From Salpingoeca rosetta (Eukaryota; Protista; Choanoflagellata), in assembly GCA_033442325.1 (NCBI GenBank), contig JAWQFM010000017.1, forward strand, positions 981,125-1,045,124: a stretch of 64,000 nucleotides of DNA, given 5' to 3'. This document shows positions 19,641 to 32,018 of the stretch, in pieces. A model generated the notes under the pieces. That model did no database searches and had not been told where the DNA came from. It saw only the letters and a list, made by a program, of their open reading frames with translations. A program made the translations under genes and the position numbers. Each line of letters begins with the position of its first letter. Position 1 is the stretch's first letter.

Positions 19641-20978
19641 TCACTCGTCGCTGTTGGTGCGCTTTGCAACGATGCAGCGAATGGCCACCATCAACACCAT
19701 GATAAAGGCAACACCACCAGCAACCGACGCAGCAATGATGGTGGAGTTGGCGTAGGTGCTGTTGCTGCTGCCATCCGTGCTGCCGCCGCCATTGGTGGAC
19801 GTGTCCTTGAAGCACTCGGAGAGGATGTTGATGTAGCCCGTGTCGCACGTGGCGCACTCGCCATCAAAGTCGCACGCCAGGCACCCTTTGGACCGCCCCT
19901 TTGGGCCGCAGCACTTGCCACCGCGGCACACCCCTGTCGCGCAGTCCGTATCCGCCGCGCACACGGCGCCGTTCACGTTCAGAAACGTGCACGCCCCTTC
20001 GTTCAGCTCGTACCCATACTCGCACCCGCCACACACGCCGCCGTCTGCCGTGCAGTTGGTGCACGCGCTCGAGTACTTGCTGTCGTCGCAGCAGAACCCG
20101 CCCGAGCACTGCATCGACGCGCACTCCTGGTTCCGCTCGCACCCTGCGCCCGCCGGCTGGTCCCGGTAGCACGTGTTGGCCGTGAGCGACCCCAGGTCAT
20201 AGTCGTCCGTTGCGGGCGCCAGCGTCGTCGTCGCAGCGCTGTCGTCCGGCAGCACGCGCGTGCGCAGGAACGTGTTTTGCGAGTCGACCATGGCGCTGCG
20301 GCGGCGGCGGCGGGCGCTGTCCTTGACAAGAAAGTACGGTGACGCGCACGCAGCACAGTACCCACCGCCGTTGCCGCTCGCACACGCCGTGCAGCCGGGC
20401 ACGCGTCCAAGCGCGCCGCAGCAGTACCCGCCACGGCAGTCGCCGCCGTGGCACTGGGCATCCAGCGTGCACGCGTAGCCAGGGGTGGTGCGGGCAACCA
20501 GGCAGTACACCAGCTGCACGCCGTCATCCCAGTTCACAACACAGCACCGCTCGCGGCTCAGGTCCCCAGCCAGCTCTGCCCGCGACACGGAGCAGTTGCG
20601 CTCGGACGGCACCTGCCGCACCTTGCCTTCCACCGTCATGCGGGCGATGCACTCAGCGTTGGACGCGGAAAACGGCGAAAAGTCGCCGCCAAACGTGTAC
20701 TCCAGGCCCACCGTCGTGCTGTTGTACAGCGTACCGTTGCTCAGCGCATCACCAGCGGCCAGGCCGGGCGCAGCGGTCCACTTGCTCACAAATGCAGAGT
20801 CGTGTTCGCAGCGCACCTCCACCGTGGTGGCCGTCGTCACGGACGCATTCGTTGTCGTGAACTTGGTCGCAGACAAGTGGAAGATGGGGCTCTGCGCAAC
20901 CGTTGTCCTTGCTGCACAGCACATGACCACCACCACCACCGCAATCGCCACCTCAAAGGTCCACGAAGCGAGCCTCAT
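19641..20978 (-). CDS. Cys-rich type I membrane protein (signal peptide, 3 Cys-rich repeats, furin-like site, C-terminal TM)
   Basis: Signal MRLASWTFEVAIAVVVVVMCCAA; repeats of CxxDxxCxxGxCxGGxCC...CxxC...CxxC; RRRRRS; TM IIAASVAGGVAFIMVLMVAI. The 3' end may be spliced because the stop overlaps GTGAGT. Confidence 0.75.
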   Translation of the reverse strand: MRLASWTFEVAIAVVVVVMCCAARTTVAQSPIFHLSATKFTTTNASVTTATTVEVRCEHDSAFVSKWTAAPGLAAGDALSNGTLYNSTTVGLEYTFGGDFSPFSASNAECIARMTVEGKVRQVPSERNCSVSRAELAGDLSRERCCVVNWDDGVQLVYCLVARTTPGYACTLDAQCHGGDCRGGYCCGALGRVPGCTACASGNGGGYCAACASPYFLVKDSARRRRRSAMVDSQNTFLRTRVLPDDSAATTTLAPATDDYDLGSLTANTCYRDQPAGAGCERNQECASMQCSGGFCCDDSKYSSACTNCTADGGVCGGCEYGYELNEGACTFLNVNGAVCAADTDCATGVCRGGKCCGPKGRSKGCLACDFDGECATCDTGYINILSECFKDTSTNGGGSTDGSSNSTYANSTIIAASVAGGVAFIMVLMVAIRCIVAKRTNSDE

Positions 20979-21751
20979 GTCTTCAACATTGGTTGAGTGT
21001 GTGTGTTGTGTGTGAGTGTGTTGTGTGTGAGTGCATGTGAGTGCATGTGAGTGAGTGTGTTGTGTGAGTGTGAATGTGTGAGTGTGAATGTGTGAGTGTG
21101 AATGTGTGAGTGTGGCGTGTGTGAGTGTGGCGTGTGTGAGTGCGTGAGTGCATGTGAGTGTGTTGTGTGTGAGTGTGGTTGAAAAACCAGAGCACACCAA
21201 GCTGTCCCGCTTTAACAACAAGGGAGGCAAGCCAAGCAACATGTTCACAATGACAATGCCGTTGCAGCAGACAAAGCGCGGGTGCATTCACCACACAGAC
21301 ACAGACACACAGATGTAGATACACACGCACGCACACAGGCACAGACACAGACACACAAGCACACAAACGCACGCAAACGGACGCAAACGCACACACACAC
21401 ACACAGACAAGCACACACAAACACAGACACAGACACACAGACACAGACACACACACACACACACAGACAAGCACACACACAAGAGCAGGACCTCACTTGA
21501 GAAGAAGATGTGTCGGTAAGGAAGGGGAAAAAGGAAGGATACAACACAGCAGTTGATCCAACACGGCGCTCGCTCCCTCTGTTGTTGTGGTGCGTTGGGA
21601 AGCAGAGGAGGACGCTGATGGTGATGCCGATGGGTGCGGCGTGTTGTTGTTGTCGTCGTCGTTCGTTGATTTGATGTGGGAAGAAGGCACGCCCACAACA
21701 CAACAGCCAACCAGAAAATTGGCAAAGGCTTCAAACAGAATTCAGCAACAA

Positions 21752-21782
<31 letters not shown>

Positions 21783-22108
21783 TGCTGCCATTCTCGCTCC
21801 TCCTCTCTTCTTTTTGTTGTCTCTGCTTGGAACCGCGTGCGCTGCGTGGGCTTGCTTGTCGTTGCTTATTACAATAGTGGGACACGGGCGCGGAGGCGCC
21901 CATGTGCGCGAGAAGCTTAAGGCGAAAGAAAAGCAAAAAACTACACCTGAGTGGCAATGACATGACACACGCAACACACACTCATACACATGCACAATTC
22001 TTGCCTCTCGTTCATTCACTCATACCATACACACACACGCACTTTCTCTCCCCCCCCCTCTCTCTTCTTCAGCCTCACACACACACACCCCTCTCATCTC
22101 GCCCTTTG

Positions 22109-23556
22109 TCAGTTGAGCAGGATTTGGGCCTGTGGGGTCATGGGCTCGGTGGTTGGCGTGTCCTGCGTGTGTGGGTTGTTGCGGTGGCAGTGGTCGCACC
22201 ACGCCCTGAGCCCGTTGTTGGAAATCTCCCGCTTCAACTGCCCAATGTTCGCCTTCCACGAACACCGCTCAGCCTGCACAGTGGTGGATTGGTAGCGCAA
22301 GAGTGAGGGAGAGTGCCTCTTTGATTGCCGGACGCAGCACCAGACAGACCGATAAAACTAGACAGAGACAGGCAGACACACACACACACAGACAGACAGA
22401 CAGACACACACACACACACAGAGACAGACAGACAGACACACACACACACAGAGACAGGCAGACACACACACATGCACACACACACACATGAATACACACC
22501 TCGAGCCTGCTCTTGGCCAAGCTGTTTTCGTTCTGATCACAGTCGCGCTTGTGCGCAGTCGCTTTCATGGGCTGCGCGTGGGTTGCGATTGGAAGCAGTT
22601 GGACGGGGCGAAGATGAGATGAAATCAACAGTTCTTCAATGTGCGTAGATGGACGTCGCCAAAACAAGTGCAGGCAAAACACGGACAGACCCAGCCCACA
22701 CCCACACACACTCGTTCGCACCAGGTAGGTTCGCGGTTCGCACAGGGACGGAAACTCGCTAAAGAACTTCTTGTATCCGCCCGCCATCACATACATCTTT
22801 CGGAGAAGGAAAAAAACAAAAAAAAAACAAAAACGGAGGTTGGGTGGTGGTGAGCTCGACAACAACAACAACAACCAACCAACCAACCAACCAACCAACC
22901 AACCAACCAACCAACCAACCAACCAACCAACCAACAACCAACCAACAACAACAAGAAGCTATGATTGATATCCAAACGCTCAATTTAAAGCAGTACGCTC
23001 ACACGTGTGTGTATGCAACGCACCTCGGGGTAGATGAGTTCTGGATGCTCGCGCGTCAGGTACAAGTCAACCTCGCTGTTGGCGCAAGGGCACACACACA
23101 CACACATAGTGAGAAAGGGGCGGGAACTATGCAGGTAAGTGATGACAGGCAAAGCAAGCAAGCACAGCAAGCAAGGAAGATCACAATGAAGCAGGTGAAG
23201 CAAGCACATCGACTCCACATGGCATCTCACCGCATAAACGCGTACTGGCCCGGGGCGCGGTGGGAGGAGAATTCGCAGTGGAAGATGATAGCGACATGCT
23301 CTGGGTCCTCCATCAGCACCGGGTTGCTGAAGAAGTTGCCGAGAATGTGCTCGCGCATCCACCAGTTGCGTGCCCCTGACACAAGAAGAGAGACAGAACA
23401 CAGAGAAAACGTAACAGAAAGGGAAGCGTCAAAGGTAGCACAGCGAGTGAGGGGTTAGGGAGACGGATACGATGAAAATGGTCAGAACACCCGTCGATCG
23501 ACACACACCCAAACACACCCAAACACACCCAAACACACCCACAGACACACAGACAG

Positions 23557-23588
<32 letters not shown>

Positions 23589-23791
23589 AGACACAGACAC
23601 ACAGACAGACACAGACACACACACACTCTATCTCCTGTCTTGTGCACGCACCGACAATGTGTCCGCCCCTGTGTTCAAAGGGGAAGCGGCAGTCGATGAT
23701 GAAGAAGTTCTTCAGGCCGTTTGGTCGCGCACCGCGCAGCAGAGACGCGACCGTCGCCGTCGACACACACCGGATGTTCGCATTCAGCCTG

Positions 23792-23830
<39 letters not shown>

Positions 23831-26492
23831 CCACAGGGACCGTATGATGAGAGCAATGAATGCGAGTGCCAGACTGCATTGGGAGATTCATGCAGGTACA
23901 CAAATCGGTAGACAATTGCATCATTTGACAACAAACGACTACAAACGACGACAAAGGACGACAAACGATTGTACATGAACCAACACGACTGCACGCAATT
24001 ACACCCACCCACCCACCCACCCACACACACACACACACACAAGGCGACTTACTTATGCGGTTCGTCGAGGGTGTCCAGCATGCACTTCTTGAGCAAATCA
24101 CCGCGCACGCTGAGGTCGTTGGGAAGAACAGGGGCCGCTGCGTTTGGGCCGTGCTGCTTGCACAGCTGGCGACGGTGCAGCATGTCGTGATCGTCAACAG
24201 CCCTGGGCGCACACAAGCAAACACAAGCAAGTGAGCGTCAAGTCAGGAAGATGGCGGGGAACCGACAAGAAAGCAGTGAGGGGGCGCAAAACTGGGAAAT
24301 GCCCAAAGCTCCGTGGGCCACCAACACGTCAAAAGCTCCGTGAACCACCAACACGTCAAAAGCTCCATGAACCACCAACACGTCAAAAGCTCCGTGGGCC
24401 ACCAACACGTCAAAAGCTCCGTGAACCACCAACACACATCCACCCCTACACCCACACCACAGCACTCACGATTGTGTGCTGATGTCGGGCATGGAGCGAG
24501 AGTTGCGCTGTCTAAAGTGCATGCGGGCAACGTGGGCCGGCGACAGCGCCGCCGCCACCCCCATCATCGCCGTTGTCGTGCTCGAAGACGCCGTGGCCAT
24601 CGTCGCCAGTGCAGTCGCTGTTGCTGTTGTTGTTGTTGGGTTGCTGGATGTGAATGCCGTGCTCATGACGTTTGTTGTTGCTGTCGCTGTCGCTGTTGCT
24701 GATGATAATGCACTTGTTGATGATTGCGCCATTCTTGTGGACGCAAAGTGACGCCGCGGCCTGCTCATGTCCGCATGAACGGTTGCGAATGACGCAATCG
24801 CCTCTGATGCATCAAAACCAACGTGCCAGCCAGCCCACCGTGCTTGCTCTCCATGTTGCTCTCCATGTTGTTGCTGTTGTTGTGGCTGGAACTGAGCATG
24901 GTGACGGTGACGAGGATCGACAGTACCACTCTCTGCATTAACATCATCATCACAACAACCACCACCCGCAACATTGCCAGTATCAGCGCCATCATCCGCC
25001 ATGCCGGCGCTGGCGTTGTTGCCCTGCGTGTTGTTGCCGTGTCCACGCATCACCCCGCGCATGATTGCACCACCACCCATCGCCCGCAGCATCGAGTTGG
25101 CCACGGCGTGCTCCGGCGCACAGATGGACGCGTGGCGGCACATCTGCTCGCGGTGCCTGCCAGCCCACACCCGGTGCTGCGGTGGTCGATGCTGCTGTGG
25201 TGCGAACGTGTCAGGGGCATCAAACAGCATGTCAAGCTCAGCCGTGTCGCCCTCATCAGCGAATGCCCGTGCGTCCACATCTCGCTCCTCCTCCTGCTCC
25301 TTCTCCTCACGACTCTCCGCCATCGCCTGTGCGCTCGTCACCTCCTCTCGTCTGCCGCGAACCACCTCCCCAGCCCCTTCCTGCTGTTGCGCATGAACAC
25401 CTTTACCGACACCACCGACACTGCCATCGCTAGTGCCACTGTTGCTGCTGCTGCTGCTGCTGTCATGGTTGCCGCTGTGGCGCAACACCTGTAGTGACGG
25501 CAGCATCCCGGGCCGCGTGACAGTAAAGGCGCCACTTCGTTGGCACGGACCAGACAGCGACCGGCTCCGTGTCAGTAGCGACGACGACAGTGGCGTTGAG
25601 GATGATGTCGGCGACGCTGCCGGCTCTTTCGCTGCTGCAACCGCCATCATCATCGCATGGCTGATGGAACTGGTGCTGTTGTCATGGCTTGTGGTGTGGA
25701 CATCGCTTGCGCCATCAGCCACACCGCAGCCCGGACTCTGTTCAATGGCAGCAGCCAGCGTGGGTGCAAACAGCGGCGGCGCTTTCCCGCGACACCGCCC
25801 ACGATCATCACCACCAACACCAACACCAACACCAACAGCACCTTTGCCGCTGCCGCCGTCCCGATGGCCGCTGCCTCTGTGTGCGGAGTTTGGTCCACCA
25901 AATCCAAGGAAGCTCGCGTTTGCACTCATGCACGACTCGTTCAGGCTCTGGTTCGTCACATCCAGATGCCCTTGGTGTTGCTGCTGGTGCTGCTGGCGCC
26001 CGTGGAGCCCAAACAAGTCTGGGGGCGTGGCCATGGAGGATGCGTGAGCAGCCACATCATCCCCACGCGACGCACCAGCGTCAGCACCAAGGACTTGCGC
26101 ACCCATGCTGCCAAAGCTGTGGTCTCCACACTGCTCCTCGTCGGCTTCGTCGACCGGTGACATGGGCGCAGTTGCAATGCCGCCGCCGCGGCGATCACCA
26201 TTGACACCACAATCCTCATGTGCAATGTCACCATCTCGGTGTTCCTGTTCCTCCTCGACAACAATGCCAACACCGCCCAACAACTCCCCTTGCGGATGTG
26301 CTGTTGCGGCTGCCGTGTCCTCATTTCGCTTTTCGCATTCTTCCTCTTCATCCTCATCCTCCTCACATGTGCGTGTGGGAATGGGTGAAGGGGAGCGCAC
26401 AAGCACGCACACCGCCTGCTCATCCACCTCTGCTGAACCGGCAGTGCTGTTGTTGCTGTTGATGTCGCAGCTGTTTCGGTCACTGCCCGCGG

Positions 26493-26526
<34 letters not shown>

Positions 26527-26551
26527 GGTGTTGTTGTTGTTGTTGTTGACG

Positions 26552-26604
<53 letters not shown>

Positions 26605-26976
26605 GGTGCCTTCCCCTGTTTCGCTGGTGTCATTGGTGGTGAGAGTGGAAGCATCCCGCGTGTCTGCGTGGTGTTCCTTGGTTGTCTGCAGGCGCTTCGG
26701 CCACACAAATGCCTTGAGCGACTGGGCAGAGGTCGGCGAAAACACAGACGTGGTGCTGGCGCTGTCGCTGGTGCTGCTGTCCTTTGTGTCTGCGTCCGAT
26801 GCGTGGGCGGTTGCGGGCGGCGTGAAGAGTGACGACGACGACGCGCGCGAAAACACGCCAGACGAAAACGAGGAGAAGGACGCAGACCGCTGAGGCGAGG
26901 AGCGAAACACGCCACGCCGCTGAAACAGCTCTGCCTTGCCGCTCTTCCTGCTGCTGCCACTGCTGCTGCTGCTGCC

Positions 26977-27031
<55 letters not shown>

Positions 27032-28458
27032 TTATTGGTGGTGGTGTTGTTATTGGTGGTGGTGTTGTTCTCGGCGTCGTTGATGGTGGTGCTACTGCTC
27101 GTTGGGGTCGACAAGGACGACAGCGAAGGCAGCGACGACGACAAGGAGGGCGGGCGATGGGACATGCGTGCGGGTGTGTTCCGATAATCGCATTTCTTCG
27201 ATGCCTTGAGTAGCGTCGTGTCATCCAGCTCATCCAGCCCGCTGTCGTTCGAGAGGGAGCCGTGGTGGCTCACAATCGCGCTGTCAGGCGAGCACACACC
27301 AACCTGCTGCTTGCCCACCTCTCGTTGCTGGAGTTGCTGCAGTTGCTCCAGTTGTCGACTACGCACGCCATCACGCACCACCTGTCGATATGAGCGCTGC
27401 ATCAGCAGCCCACGATCAAGCGTGGCTGATTTTCGCTTCTGCGATACGCTCCCGCGCCCACGGCTACCATTACCGCTACCACTGCGGCTGCGGCTGCGGC
27501 CTGGCTGCCCAAGACCGCCGCGCTTGCACTGGCCATCGTCCTCACGCGTGTAATCGTTTGCAATCACTGCCGTGCCTGCATGCATTTGGTGGTGTTCATC
27601 GGCGTCCAGCGCCGCCACGCCCATCTGTTGTTGCTGTTGTTGGTGGCGCTGGTACCGGGGACCGCTGTCGTTGTCTGTGTTGCGGCCCGCATCACCTTGG
27701 GTGATGTCATGGTTGCCTGCAGGCACAGGCGCCGCAAGGGCCGTGAGGCGACGGCGCACCTTACAGTTTTCGCTGCGTGAGCGACGCAGCTTGTGTGGCG
27801 GCCGACGTGTCATCCCCTGCTGGATCTCGCTTCCGCTGTACGCGCGTGCACGCTCACCCACACCACCATCAGCATCATCAGAGTGGCGACAGCAGCTTCC
27901 ACTGCGACTGCTGCCGGTGTCAGCGTTGTCGTTGTTACCATCGTTGCTGGCGGTGCGGGGTTGAAGGGCGCACATTGGTGCAGGGTGTGACAGGCACGGG
28001 CGCGCATCTGCAACAGGTGCCGCGGCGTTTCCATCTCGCTCGCCCTCCACGCCCGCGTCGTCAGTGGTGTGGTTGGCGGCTCTGCGCTGGGACTGGGCCG
28101 CTGTGGGCGCCGCCGTGCCCTGTGCAGCAGCAGGACGTGCGGGCATGCCACGTGGTGCATGCGTCACGACAGACGTGAGCGAAGACGACAACGACGACGA
28201 CACGGACAGCGACGACGCCGACGACGAAGAAAACGGCGCGTGGTGGTCAAACGTAAACGCGGGCTGCTGCGTGAGCTTCACTGGGGATGAGTGGGTGGTG
28301 GAGGACGGCTGGCTGTCGCCATCAAAGGTGAAGGCAACCGGCTGTTTCTGCAGCAGCGCGCCACACGACCGCGCGGAGAGCGGGGCAGATGATGTTGGCG
28401 TGGTGCACGTCGACGTCACGCCAGAGGAGGCGTTGGTGTTCACACCAAACCCCAAAGA

Positions 28459-28490
<32 letters not shown>

Positions 28491-30324
28491 ATGAAGATGA
28501 AGATGCATTCGTGCGTGCAACGTTGTTCAGCGACACGGACAGACGCGCACGTGTGCGCATGGACATAAACGCCGACGACGAAGACGACGAGGATGTGTGT
28601 GTGGTTGCCGCTGATGTCCCCGGTACAGCCGGCGACGACGCTGAAGACGAGAGCGCCGTGAACGAGGTGGGTGGCTCATGCATGGTCATACCACCACCAC
28701 CACCACCACCACTGTTGTTGCTGGTGGTGCCAGCAAGACTAGAGTGGGGGCGAGAGGGCGGGGCTGAGGGCGGACCGCTCTCAGGCAGCGAGGGCGAGAA
28801 GCGAAACACCCGCTGGCTGTGATGGTCGTACTGCGGCTGCGGGTGCTGGTGCTGGTGCTGGTGCTGGTTGTTGTGGTTGTGATCGTGGTTGTGAGCGCGG
28901 CGCGGTGATGGCGATGGGGTGTTCATGGCGAGCGTCTGCATCATGCTCACGGGCGTCATGGGCAAGCGCTGCTGCTGGCTGTGGCGCCGCCTGCTGTTTC
29001 TGCTGCTGCGGCCACTGATTGTGGGCTCAGGCATGCCGTCGTCATGACACGAGGCGGTTTCATGCCCACGCATCACCTCGCCACCCACACCCTCCGCACC
29101 GTCACGGCCGATGCTGATGCCGGTGTTGGTGTTGGTGTTGTTGCCCTGATCGGGGCGTTGATCCATGTCCTGTTCGTCGTGCCCACCCGTGTGCACAGTG
29201 TTGGCGGCGGTGTTGGCGTTGTCGATGGGGAGCGGAGAGGGGAGGGGAGCGGTGAAGGTGCCATCGCTCGCGGGAGAGAAGGTTGACACGTGGTCGTCTG
29301 ATTCACCGCCCCCGCCGCAAAGCATGTCGGACACGTCTTCGCTCACGAGGGTGAAGCGCGTAATCTCGTCGCTGATGCTCTCGCGCGCACTCGGCGCCGA
29401 TGACCGGATCTTGCCTGAAAACACGCGGCAAGGTGTTGGGCGTTGCGTGTTTGGCGGTGAACAAGGAATTGGGTGGCGAAGAGAAACAGAAGACTCGTAT
29501 GCGTGCACGCATGCACGCGACTTCATCAAGCAAAAGAGCGAGTGAGGGGGGGGGGGGGGCTATGCATGTGAATACACAAATGCACACAGACAGACAGACG
29601 TACGCACATGCACACACACATAGACAGACGCACACACACACACACACACACACACACCCTACCGACCGAGGACGTGGTCGGCCGGGTGGTGTGAGGGCAT
29701 GAGCGGAGAAGAGCGCGTGCGGGCGTTGAAGAAGCGGCGGTGCGTCTTTGGATACTTTCCACCGGTCGACGTGGGCGTCTTATTCAGCGGCTGCGTCCCC
29801 GCCACTGATGACGATGATGACAATCTGGGTTGTGCCGGCGTGGTTGGCGTGGTCGGTGCCGCGTGGCCAGAGGGCGGCGTGATTGTCGTTGAGCGTGGCA
29901 GCGAGAGTGGATGGTGTTGGTGTTGGTTATGAAACGGGGACGTGCATCCCTGCACATGGTCACCGGCAGACCTGCTGCCTCTCCTTTGTCGAATGGTAAG
30001 TGTTGGGGACGTGTTTACCGCACCGTCATCTTGGTGGGGTAGTTGGCGAGCGTGGTTGTTGTGCTTTGGGTCGAGGGCTGTTGTGCTGTTGGAGTTGTTG
30101 GTGGTGTCGGAGAAGGGCGTCCGTGAGGCCATGGTCCGCGTCGAAGGGGAGGAGCAGCGTTGTTTCCCCAATAGCTCCACCCGCTTTGCCTGGAGAAGCT
30201 GCTGTGGCGGCGGCGATGGTGGTGCTTGAGATAAGCGATGGCTTGAGCGGCGCAAGAGGCGGTGGCGAAGGTGCTTGCGGCGATGATGGTGTTGCCACTC
30301 CCGACACTCGTCCCTGCTGTTCAT
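22109..30324 (-). CDS. cdc25: Cdc25 (M-phase inducer) phosphatase with a giant disordered N-terminus; multi-exon
   Basis: Spliced catalytic domain GDLLKKCMLDTL...NIRCVSTATVASLL...IIDCRFPFEHRGGHIVGARN...IIFHCEFSSHRAP...LIYPEMYVMAGGYKKFF...CEPRTYLPM (CX5R motif at 23257-23280). It joins in frame to the 29414-24470 exon and a first exon ending at 29667. Start is 30324 or 30132. Confidence 0.88.
24305..24435. repeat. 27-bp intronic minisatellite, about 5 copies (aaaagctccgtgaaccaccaacacgtc)
   Basis: Head-to-tail units with 1-2 substitutions and no spacers, inside a Cdc25 intron. Confidence 0.9.
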
Positions 30325-31595
30325 CGTTGACACCGGGAAGAGAACGGGAGCAAGAATACCGGGCCAAAAAGGAAGGAAGCGAAATAGAGAACGAGAGAGA
30401 GAGAGAGAGAGCAGTGACGGGGTGAGTCAGGCGGTTCTCGGTGATCGTTGTGATGGTGAATGCGATGATTCGTGTGGCGAGTGGTGTGTGGTAGTGGTGT
30501 CGAGGATGTGGAGGTGAAGGTAAACAAGGAATTGAAAAAAAGGGCGGCAAAGGATGTGCTGTGCGAAAAGTGTGTCACCACCACCTATCGACCGACCAGA
30601 GTCACACCCTCCCACGCATGCACAGGCAGGTGTTACTCGAGCACCACCGGTGAGCGCGTGCAAGGTTGCGTGCGTGCGTGTGTGCTGTCGGTTGGCTGGT
30701 TGGGAATTGGTGGTGGGAAACACAACACACACACACACACACACACACAGTGCGGGCCAGTCGATTGACTTCGGAACACCCTGACCTGACGTGCTGCCTG
30801 ACGATGGGCACGAGCGAGTGAGGACGATGACGGGGTTGCGTTTGGGTGGGCAGGGAAAGTTCACACCTCCCAAACGGATGCAAGCCAAGCAAAGCAACCA
30901 AAAGCCAACCGCAGGCCCAAGTTCGTTCGTCGAAGCAGCCACTCACGAAAGAACCTGCGAATGTGTTTGGGCGGGCGCAAGAACCGTGTCAGATGTATGC
31001 ATGCGTGTACATGTCCGTGTGTATGTCATCATCATCATCATCATCATAGCAAAGCAAGCGAGCCGCCCGACCTTCGCCACCCACCAACCAACCAACCAAC
31101 GAACACCGATTTGTTGATTCCCCACTCCTGCCTTCTTGCCGGTCGTTGCGGGCTCGACTCCACACCAACCCGCCACCCAACACCCAACAACAACAGCACC
31201 CTTCCGCACTGCTTCACGCACCCTTCTGCTGCGTTTGTTTGTGCTGCACTGGCGTTGAGGTGTGTGTGTGAAGAAAGGCGAAGCAAAATTTTTTTCTTTT
31301 GTTCGTTATTCTTCGCTGCTGGTCAAATTTCTCGCGGCACACAAGCACCGGTCGGGTTGGGTCAATTGTTTTTTGAAAAAGTCGCGGCAGAAGCGGGACA
31401 CGACGACCTAGCCGATATTCTGTGAAAGACATTCGCTGTGTTGGTAGCACTGAAGTCAGTCATACACCATTGGGCGCGACACAGACAGTTGCAGAAGCGA
31501 AGCACGACGGCAGAGAGGCGAACCACCACGACAACACACACCACTGCACATTAATTGTTGCCCCTCGCACACCACCACCACAGATACACTGGACG

Positions 31596-31975
31596 ATGCT
31601 GTTCTCGTTCCACACGGCGTGGTTCTCTACCTCGTGTCCGGAGGCCATTGTCGAGCTGTGGAGTGCGTTCGGCCTGCGTTTGCTGCTGTTTTTTTCTTGT
31701 TTGCTTGCTTCTCGTGCGCTGCTTTGGCGATTCCGCGTTTGAGTCATGATCATTGTTCTTTTGGTGGCGAGCACAGTTTGGCGCGAAACAACTACGCCAC
31801 GCTGCAACTGCCCATCTCCACTGACACCACCCGTGACTGTTGTACGTACATCTGTTGGTCCTTTTGTGCGTGGGACAGAGAAGCACGATGGCGTCCTGGT
31901 GCCCGTGGACTGCGCCGACTTTGTCTTCAGTGATGATGCGGACCACGATGACACCGCGCCGTGAGTCGTCATTGT

Positions 31976-32018
<43 letters not shown>

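Noticed and set aside
23451-23460. Telomere-like GGGGTTAGGG
   Set aside because: Single intronic copy, not an array.
24305-24435. Possible CRISPR-like array
   Set aside because: Units are contiguous with no unique spacers, lie in a eukaryotic intron, and have no cas genes nearby.
25956-27233. 425-aa alternative-frame ORF within Cdc25
   Set aside because: Produced by triplet repeats and high GC in the giant exon; no independent coding signal.
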